Of a stretch of DNA of 33,174 nucleotides, positions 27,475 through 33,174 are shown in pieces. The DNA comes from Burkholderiaceae bacterium (lineage in GTDB: Bacteria; Pseudomonadota; Gammaproteobacteria; Burkholderiales; Burkholderiaceae_C). The position numbers and the translations under genes were made by a program. The stretch covers positions 1-33,174 of the forward strand of contig JBOFGW010000290.1 of NCBI GenBank assembly GCA_051649325.1, written 5' to 3'. The notes under the pieces are model-generated. The model made no database searches. It was not told the DNA's origin and saw only the letters and a program-made list of their open reading frames with translations. Position 1 is the first letter of the stretch; the number at the start of each line of letters is the position of its first letter.

Positions 27475-28365
27475 TTAGTCCTTTTCGCAGTACCAGCGAG
27501 CATTTTTCGCAATCATGCTGTGGGGGCTGTTACATAGGGCTGCGAGCAGGCTTCTCCTCTGCGGAAAATCCATTCGATTTGCCAGCACTACAAAGGCGCG
27601 CCAAGCTATGTTTTTGTCTGTACTGTGCAGGGCTTGCGATATCGGTTCTTTGAGTTCTGATGCCGGCAGTCTTAACACTGGGCGCAACCAGTTTGAGAGA
27701 TGTTTGCTGTCATTGAGATATGCAGGAATCAGCCAAAACGCGTCCGCGCGGCCAACAGAATGTGCGATTGCCCTACTCGCGGCTTCGCCCAGGTGGTACT
27801 CCCAGCTTCTGTAGGCTGCGTTCTCAGCTTCTTTAATCCAATTCCGCAAGCGTTGTATGTTCGCGCTACCTCCCCAACTTCCCAGTACGCCTACTGCCGT
27901 CGTACGAATACCCCACCATTTGCTGCTCAACGCGTTTTCAACTTCCAACTGAGCGCTTTCATCGGGCGCATGGTTGCTCAAGGCGCGTAGACGTGCCGTC
28001 CATTCCCGCAGCAAATCCGCATTGTTCAGCGCGAACTCACGCCGCGTTTTCCGACACCGTAAGCAGCGCACGGCCTGGCTGTCGATGTTTCCTTTGGCAA
28101 TCTCATACCACCACTTTTGCTGTGCCGCGGTCCAAACGCCGTTTGTGCCGCAATCCTTGCACGTAAACGCGCGGTCTTCGTAGAACTTTGGCAGCAGGTT
28201 GTAAGTGCTGTTGTGCGCGAGCTGAGCCGGATCGGCGCTTATTCGGCTCGTGGAACCTGAAGAAGCAGCGAACCGCACATCATTTATTTTTGATTGAAAC
28301 CATGTAGCCGCCCGCTCCTGCCGGCGCTGCATGATTTCTTTTCGGCGTTTTTTGTTGCTTTTCAT
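27475..28365 (-). CDS. Hypothetical protein (296 aa, lower GC) with a basic N-terminus and a CxxC...CxxC zinc-ribbon. Inserted between rtcB and rtcA.
   Basis: The N-terminus is MKSNKKRRKEIMQRRQER. The Zn-ribbon is CKDCGTNGVW...CLRCRK. The gene starts 15 nt after the rtcB stop. No family was recognised. Confidence 0.6.
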   Translation of the reverse strand: MKSNKKRRKEIMQRRQERAATWFQSKINDVRFAASSGSTSRISADPAQLAHNSTYNLLPKFYEDRAFTCKDCGTNGVWTAAQQKWWYEIAKGNIDSQAVRCLRCRKTRREFALNNADLLREWTARLRALSNHAPDESAQLEVENALSSKWWGIRTTAVGVLGSWGGSANIQRLRNWIKEAENAAYRSWEYHLGEAASRAIAHSVGRADAFWLIPAYLNDSKHLSNWLRPVLRLPASELKEPISQALHSTDKNIAWRAFVVLANRMDFPQRRSLLAALCNSPHSMIAKNARWYCEKD

Positions 28366-28380
28366 TTTCCAGTTTTTTTG

Positions 28381-29613
28381 CTAGCCCTTCACGCACACCA
28401 CCTGCTTCAACGTATAAACCACCTCCACCAAATCCTTCTGCGCTTCCATCACCGCATCAATGTCCTTGTACGCCATCGGAATTTCATCGATCACGTCGGC
28501 GTCTTTACGGCATTCCACGCCGGCGGTGGCTTTGATTTGGTCTTCGATGGTGAACAGTTTTTTGGCTTTGGTGCGGCTCATGGTACGGCCGGCGCCATGG
28601 CTGCATGACTGGAAGCTTTCCGGGTTGCCTTTGCCGCGCACGATGTAGCTGCGCGCGCCCATGCTGCCCGGAATAATCCCCAGCTCGCCTTTTTTGGCGC
28701 TTACCGCGCCTTTGCGCGTGACAAATACCTCTTCACCAAAGTGCGTCTCTTTTTGCACGTAGTTGTGGTGGCAGTTCACGGCTTCGATATGCGTTTCAAA
28801 CGGCTTGGTGATCACTTTGCGGGTGGCACCGATCACGCGCTGCATCATCACCTCACGGTTTAGGCGCGCGAACTTCTGCGCCCAGCCCACGCCGCGCACG
28901 TAGTCACCAAAGTATGTGCTGCCTTCTTCAAAGTAGGCCAAATCCTGGTCTGGCAAATTGCGTTGATGCTGCTCGGCGTCTTTCTTAGCCAGCTCGATAA
29001 ACAGATTGCCCATAGCGTTGCCCACGCCGCGTGAACCGCTATGTAGCATGAACCACACCGCGCCTTCGGTATCCAAACACACCTCGATAAAGTGGTTGCC
29101 GCCGCCCAGCGTACCCATGTGGCGGTGGTTGTTGGTGTTTTTCAGACGCGGGTAGTCTTCACAAATCTGCTCAAACTCCTCGGCCAATTGCGCCCAAGCG
29201 GCATCTGCCTCGTTGGGCGGCGTTTCCCAAGAGCCTTTGTCACGGTTTGAACCTTCACGGCGAAACTGCTTGGGGCTCATGCCGTGCGGCACGGCCTTTT
29301 CAATCTCGGCGCGCAGCGCGCTCAAGTTATCCGGCAAATCTTCCGCGCGCAGCGTGGTCTTGCAGGCAATCATGCCGCAGCCAATATCCACGCCTACCGC
29401 CGCAGGAATAATCGCCTTGAAGGTAGGAATCACGCTGCCCACAGTAGCGCCAATGCCGTAGTGAACATCCGGCATAGCGGCGATGTGTTTGAAGATCACC
29501 GGTAGCTTGGCAGCGTTTTCCAATTGCTTGCGCGCTTCGTCTTCCACCGGCACGCCGCGCGTCCACATCTTCACGGGTACGCCGCCGGGGACTTCGTTCA
29601 ATTCGTAGTTCAT
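28381..29613 (-). CDS. rtcB: RNA-splicing ligase RtcB
   Basis: Collinear with E. coli RtcB from MNYELNEVPGGVPVKMWTRGVPVEDEARKQL to the C-terminus DEIPMAYKDIDAVMEAQKDLVEVVYTLKQVVCVKG. Metal-ligand His/Cys motifs are conserved (HNYV, CSHGAGR). Confidence 0.95.
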   Translation of the reverse strand: MNYELNEVPGGVPVKMWTRGVPVEDEARKQLENAAKLPVIFKHIAAMPDVHYGIGATVGSVIPTFKAIIPAAVGVDIGCGMIACKTTLRAEDLPDNLSALRAEIEKAVPHGMSPKQFRREGSNRDKGSWETPPNEADAAWAQLAEEFEQICEDYPRLKNTNNHRHMGTLGGGNHFIEVCLDTEGAVWFMLHSGSRGVGNAMGNLFIELAKKDAEQHQRNLPDQDLAYFEEGSTYFGDYVRGVGWAQKFARLNREVMMQRVIGATRKVITKPFETHIEAVNCHHNYVQKETHFGEEVFVTRKGAVSAKKGELGIIPGSMGARSYIVRGKGNPESFQSCSHGAGRTMSRTKAKKLFTIEDQIKATAGVECRKDADVIDEIPMAYKDIDAVMEAQKDLVEVVYTLKQVVCVKG

Positions 29614-29626
29614 TTTTTTCTTTCGG

Positions 29627-30085
29627 TCAATTTGCTAGATCATTACTCATTACCCAAACGCCGCCTTCGTGGCTGTACGCGAGTCCGAGCTTTCCAGGCA
29701 CGATTGACACAAACCCTTCTAGAAAGCGAGGTGCATGTTGTTTTAGAAAGGCGTTCAAAGTGCATTGGAATATTTGCGGTTGCCGACTTCGAAAGTGACC
29801 ACAGGCCAAAGCAGTGCAAACCCGCTCAAGGTGCGGCCGTAGAAAGACTTCCGTTATCTTTTCAGTAGTCATTGGCGGCACGTTGTCATAGCAACTGCCA
29901 GGCCAAACATCGATTGGCGAAATTCTGTCCCACCGCTCCTCTGAGCGCGATAGCAAGTACTCCCAACGCTCTGCTTTTTCGGGCGCAAAGGTCTTGAAGA
30001 GCGTTATCAAGTCTCCCTTAGCTGCCGCGGCTTCCTCCAGCGTCATGACATTCCCATTTAAGAACTTCATAAGGTGATTTCTCAC
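29627..30085 (-). CDS. Hypothetical protein (about 150 aa, lower GC), immediately upstream of rtcB in the same operon
   Basis: The listed ORF starts at GTG 30085; an ATG at 30070 gives MKFLNGNVMTLEEAAAAKG... It is AT-richer than the flanking rtcB and SPFH genes. No family was recognised. Confidence 0.5.
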   Translation of the reverse strand: MRNHLMKFLNGNVMTLEEAAAAKGDLITLFKTFAPEKAERWEYLLSRSEERWDRISPIDVWPGSCYDNVPPMTTEKITEVFLRPHLERVCTALACGHFRSRQPQIFQCTLNAFLKQHAPRFLEGFVSIVPGKLGLAYSHEGGVWVMSNDLAN

Positions 30086-30198
30086 TGACTAATGCTGGTG
30101 GCTTCTTCAAAAGCTAAAGAGCTGTTTTCATGAGGGAAGGCCCAAACGGCCCTCCCTCCCACCCGCCATCTCAATTGATGGCGGGGTCAACAACAGTT

Positions 30199-31338
30199 TT
30201 AGCGCACTTTGATCAAGCTGTTCAGTACGCCATCCAGGCCGCCAAATACAGAGATCTTGTCGATCCGTTCGGCGATCTTCTCCAACGTTTCCAACTCCTT
30301 CATCCGCAATGCGGTGGGGTTGTCTTCCATCACCTTGGCCGTGTTCAGCAAAGACCGCGTTGCGGCAGTCTCTTCACGGCGGCGGATGTTGTTGGCTTGC
30401 GCCGTCTTTTCCGCCTCAACAACCTTGGCCAAGATGGCTTTCATCTCACCAGGCAAGATAATGTCTTTCACTCCCACGCTTTGCAGTGCCACGCCGTAGC
30501 CGGCCAATTTGTCGGTCACCGCGGCTACGACCACTTGGTCGATCACGTTGCGGTTTTCCAGCAACTCGTCCAGCAAACGCGTACCTACTGCCGCACGCAA
30601 GCCCAATTGCAGCTCGCGGTACAGCGCTTCAGCGGGCTGATTCAATTGCGTGAAGGCCTTGAGCACATCGGTGTACTTGAAGGTGGCAGACAAATTCAGG
30701 CGCAGGGCCACTTTGTCTTTGGTCAAAATTTCTTGACCAGTCACCTCCAAGGACTGCAAACGCATGTCCACAATCTCTACCGACACCTCGCGGCCAAAGC
30801 GCCAGAACGCATACGCACCGGGGCTGAGCAACTGCATCAACTTGCCGTCTACACGCAGCACACCGCTGGCGTAATCAGGCACGGTGGTTTGCAGCACCGC
30901 ATTCAAGCCAGCCACCGCACGCGCACGCAACTGGGTCTGCGTCAAACGCTTGGCCAGCGCCGCATCCACCTGTACTTGCTCGGCGATTTCAACCGCTTGC
31001 ACGCGTACATCGCGCAGGCCTTTCCAGTACAAGCGCCGGGTTCCGGGCGGCAGCAATTCAACCAGCACGCCGTCTTCAAAGCGCAAACCCGCCTGCGTTT
31101 CTGCCAGCTCAACCCGCACAAACTCTTGCGCCACGATGTCTGGCGCAGAAGCCATCAAATAGTCAGCCACCGGGTTTGCAAACGCGGGCTGTGCCAAGTC
31201 AAAGCGTTCGATGCGCAGCTTGTTCAGTGGGTCAAACAGCGCGTACGCACCAGGCGCCAAAATGCGCTGGAAGTCGCCGCTTTTGAACAGCAAGGCTTTT
31301 TCAGTTTTTTTGATGACGAATCGCTTCAACATTTTCAT
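30199..31338 (-). CDS. SPFH/band-7 (stomatin/prohibitin/flotillin/HflKC-like) domain protein. It has an N-terminal extension and no obvious transmembrane anchor.
   Basis: The C-terminal half, TKDKVALRLNLSATFKYTD...GVALQSVGVKDIILPGEMKAILAKVVEAEKTAQANNIRRREETAATR...LRMKELETLEKIAE, is typical SPFH plus coiled coil. SD AGAGAGGAA precedes ATG 31338/31332. Confidence 0.7.
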   Translation of the reverse strand: MKMLKRFVIKKTEKALLFKSGDFQRILAPGAYALFDPLNKLRIERFDLAQPAFANPVADYLMASAPDIVAQEFVRVELAETQAGLRFEDGVLVELLPPGTRRLYWKGLRDVRVQAVEIAEQVQVDAALAKRLTQTQLRARAVAGLNAVLQTTVPDYASGVLRVDGKLMQLLSPGAYAFWRFGREVSVEIVDMRLQSLEVTGQEILTKDKVALRLNLSATFKYTDVLKAFTQLNQPAEALYRELQLGLRAAVGTRLLDELLENRNVIDQVVVAAVTDKLAGYGVALQSVGVKDIILPGEMKAILAKVVEAEKTAQANNIRRREETAATRSLLNTAKVMEDNPTALRMKELETLEKIAERIDKISVFGGLDGVLNSLIKVR

Positions 31339-31655
31339 TTTCCTCTCTCATTTTCTTTACTTTTTTGTGTACCCTTTGCGCAGCAGGCGGCGGGCTATTG
31401 GGCGGACGTTGAATGATTGCTGCTGCCGCTACCAACGCGCCGTGGCACGCTAGCGTGAACAACCCATTTATTCACATCAGCCCAGCAGCGCAAGCAAACT
31501 TCTTGCGCCTGCTGCGGGTGTTGGGCACTGCGCATCTTGCACACCCGGCTGCAATACTGCCAGCCGTGCGTGACGTTTGCGCCGCACCCGCAACCTTCGG
31601 GCACTTTCCCTGGTTTCCCAGGGCACTGCATCGACAAAACACGTTTCTTAGACGT

Positions 31656-31729
31656 GTGTTCAGGCAGGAGTCGAACCTGCGACAACCGGAGTTGCCCCCG
31701 GGGCTCTAACCAATCTGAGCTACAGAACG
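31656..31729 (-). ncRNA. tRNA-like structured RNA element 1: canonical D-arm and T-arm, defective acceptor and anticodon arms. Possibly a Y-RNA-like tRNA mimic or a tRNA pseudogene.
   Basis: The minus-strand sequence is CGTTCTG-TA-GCTC-AGATTGGTTA-GAGC-...-GCAGG-TTCGACT-CCTGC-CTGAACA. The D-stem and T-stem are perfect and the T-loop is TTCGACT. The acceptor stem has 5 of 7 bp (C1·A72 and U6·U67 mismatches). The anticodon stem has a mismatch, the loop is GGGCAAC (no U33), and no CCA is encoded. Confidence 0.45.
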
Positions 31730-31740
31730 GCGCGATCACG

Positions 31741-31870
31741 GGGAATCGAACCCACAGCTCTTTCGAGCGCCAACCTTGGCTGTTCGCATATCCAATCGCG
31801 TGCAGTGCAGCGGCATACACCAAGATCACACCCGGTCTGGGTGAACTGGCGCACCGGCGGGGTAGATGTT
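31741..31870 (-). ncRNA. Structured RNA element 2 adjacent to element 1. It has a T-loop-like hairpin (GGG-TTCGATT-CCC), a GNRA-capped hairpin (GCTC-GAAA-GAGC) and other stems. It is not a canonical tRNA.
   Basis: Minus-strand features: ...GCCAAGGTTGGC (palindrome), GCTCGAAAGAGC and CTGTGGGTTCGATTCCCCG. It is non-coding and lies between the candidate sigma54 promoter and the first gene of the rtc operon. Confidence 0.35.
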
Positions 31871-31926
31871 TTCTAAACCCCTGACCTGTGAGCGTGCATC
31901 GTCGTTTGATCAGATGCTTGAGATAT

Positions 31927-31943
31927 AGCGATTGGTGTGCCAG
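31927..31943 (-). promoter_or_regulatory. Candidate sigma54 (-24/-12) promoter driving the minus-strand rtc operon
   Basis: Minus strand reads TGGCAC-ACCAA-TCGCT. The GG-N10-GC spacing is correct, -24 TGGCAC is perfect, and -12 is TCGC versus consensus TTGC. It is divergent from rtcR, whose product is a sigma54 activator. An AT-rich region (31950-32055) lies upstream for the UAS/IHF. Confidence 0.5.
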
Positions 31944-32055
31944 GGCTGTTTGAAACTTGCAACCTATTGATTTATATGGGTATTTTTGCCTCCAATTCGA
32001 TAACCCTACTTTGAAAATCTTTTAAACATAGATTTTTAGCTAGTAAGATAGCTTT

Positions 32056-33174
32056 ATGACTAGCAAGAAATCCGTCGTCATCGGCTTTTTGGGCACCCAA
32101 CTCGATAGCGGCCAAGGCACCGGCCGTTGGGAGAAATGGCGGCCAACGGTGTCGCTCGCGCAGCATGAAGACCTGCAGCTTGACCGGCTGGAGCTGATTT
32201 ACACGCCGCGCCATCAAGCGCTGGCGGAGATCGTCAAGGCGGATATTGCGCTTGCCTCACCGCAGACCGTTGTGAACTTGGTCGCCATCGATATCAAAGA
32301 CCCGTGGGACTTTGGCGAGGTGTACGGCGCGCTATATGACTACGTGCGCACCTACGCGTTTGATACCGAGCGCGAGCAGTACTGGGCGCACATCACCACC
32401 GGCACGCACGTGGCGCAGATTTGCATGTTCTTGCTGGTGGAGGCGCGCTTTATTCCCGGTGTGTTGTGCCAAACCGCGCCGCCAAAAAAGCAGCGCCAAG
32501 GCGATGCGGGCACGGTCACACTGATTGATCTTGATCTGTCGCGCTACGACGCGCTGGCGCAGCGCTTTGCAGCAGACAAGCGCGATGCGGTAAGTTTTCT
32601 CAAGAGCGGCATTGCCACACGCAACAAAAAATTCAACGCGCTGATTGAAGAGATTGAACGCGTGGCCGTACGCAGCAAAGCGCCGATTTTGCTCACCGGC
32701 CCTACCGGCGCGGGCAAATCGTTTTTAGCGCGGCGCATGTTTGAGCTGAAAAAAGCGCGCCACCAAATCGGCGGCCCGTTTGTAGAGGTGAACTGCGCCA
32801 CGCTGCATGGCGATGGCGCGGCGTCCACATTGTTTGGTCACAAGAAAGGCGCGTTTACCGGCGCGGCGGCAGACCGGGCGGGCCTTTTAAAAAGCGCGGA
32901 TGGCGGTGTGCTGTTTCTAGACGAGATCGGTGAGCTGGGCTTAGACGAGCAAGCCATGCTGCTCAAAGCGATTGAAGAGAAACGCTTCTTTCCCGTAGGC
33001 GCAGACCGCGAAGTAGCGAGCGACTTTCAACTCATCGCCGGCACCAACCGCGACTTGCGCGATGAGGTGAGCGCCGGCCGCTTTCGCGACGATCTCTTCG
33101 CACGCATCAATTTGTGGAGCTATGACTTGCCGGGCCTGGCGCAGCGGCCCGAGGACATTGAGCCCAACATCGAC
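32056..33174 (+). CDS. rtcR: Sigma54-dependent transcriptional activator RtcR (N-terminal CARF domain + AAA+ sigma54-interaction domain). It is 3'-truncated by the window end.
   Basis: The protein is collinear with E. coli RtcR: VVIGFLGTQLD, RWEKWRPT, LDRLEL, NPWDFGEVY, ITTGTHVAQICMFLL, IDLDLSRY, FLKSGIATRN, APILLTGPTGAGKSFLARR, FVEVNCATL, GAFTGA, GGVLFLDEIGELG, QAMLLKAIEEK, DFQLIAGTNRDL, RINLW and PGLAQRPEDIEPN. No stop falls before the window end. Confidence 0.93.
   Translation, partial: MTSKKSVVIGFLGTQLDSGQGTGRWEKWRPTVSLAQHEDLQLDRLELIYTPRHQALAEIVKADIALASPQTVVNLVAIDIKDPWDFGEVYGALYDYVRTYAFDTEREQYWAHITTGTHVAQICMFLLVEARFIPGVLCQTAPPKKQRQGDAGTVTLIDLDLSRYDALAQRFAADKRDAVSFLKSGIATRNKKFNALIEEIERVAVRSKAPILLTGPTGAGKSFLARRMFELKKARHQIGGPFVEVNCATLHGDGAASTLFGHKKGAFTGAAADRAGLLKSADGGVLFLDEIGELGLDEQAMLLKAIEEKRFFPVGADREVASDFQLIAGTNRDLRDEVSAGRFRDDLFARINLWSYDLPGLAQRPEDIEPNID

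Noticed and set aside
31532-31552. Plus-strand sigma54-like sequence TTGGGCACTGCGCATCTTGCA
   Set aside because: The GG-to-GC spacing is 15 rather than 12 nt, and no plus-strand gene follows for more than 500 bp (rtcR begins at 32056, beyond the antisense tRNA-like elements). It was judged a chance match. The minus-strand TGGCAC-N5-TCGC at 31927-31943 fits spacing and context better.
31656-31729. Calling element 1 a bona fide tRNA-Cys (anticodon-position triplet GCA)
   Set aside because: The acceptor stem has two non-Watson-Crick pairs, position 33 is G rather than U, the anticodon stem has a mismatch, and no CCA follows. Only the D- and T-arms are canonical. It is therefore reported as tRNA-like and not as a tRNA gene, pending tRNAscan/Infernal.

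Overview
This is a high-GC window (about 65-68% GC, Burkholderiales-like by codon usage and gene content) containing mostly chromosomal housekeeping and accessory genes on both strands.

Housekeeping and ordinary genes, each called from recognisable motifs:
- hemE (uroporphyrinogen decarboxylase).
- priA (primosomal helicase).
- LysR, TetR and LuxR(GerE)-type regulators.
- An MFS transporter with an SDR oxidoreductase in one operon.
- VOC/glyoxalase and GNAT acetyltransferase genes.
- YciI-like, MAPEG, P-loop ATPase and NAD(P)-binding Rossmann-fold proteins.

Three regions stand out.

1. 25.1-33.2 kb: an rtc RNA-repair locus, which is the strongest candidate for a new system.
- rtcR is a CARF-domain sigma54 activator. 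It runs off the window end.
- It diverges from a minus-strand operon that is not the canonical rtcB-rtcA pair.
- The operon reads: candidate sigma54 promoter, two tRNA-like structured RNA elements, an SPFH/band-7 protein, a 152-aa protein, rtcB, a 296-aa Zn-ribbon protein, a 369-aa protein, then rtcA.
- Three of the inserted genes are visibly lower in GC.
- A 122-bp copy of the rtcB 3' end, about 88% identical and carrying an internal stop, lies as a scar between the insertions.
- This resembles the Salmonella rsr-yrlBA-rtcBA arrangement, but with different, uncharacterised protein partners and no Ro60.

2. 9.2-13.5 kb: a complete alpha-hydroxyketone (CAI-1/LAI-1-type) quorum-sensing module.
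- A CqsA/LqsA-like PLP-dependent synthase.
- An LqsR-like orphan receiver protein.
- A CqsS/LqsS-like multi-TM sensor kinase.
- A LuxR-family regulator lies immediately alongside.

3. 0.4-4.5 kb: a 1,360-aa lipoprotein.
- It fuses a galactose/glyoxal-oxidase-like radical copper oxidase domain, with Cys/Tyr/His catalytic residues conserved, to a C-terminal di-heme cytochrome c peroxidase domain. Ig-like, PKD and beta-propeller modules lie between them.
- Its lipoprotein signal peptide is interrupted by an in-frame TGA.

Other observations:
- A family of about 65-bp palindromic intergenic repeats with the core CTACGCAATATCCATGCGGGTTTT...AAAACCCGCATGGATATTGCGTAG. There are six full copies and one half copy.
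- A BLUF photoreceptor-domain protein convergent with two tandem Roadblock/LC7 genes.
- A probable S1C pseudoprotease.
- Several operator-like dyads.
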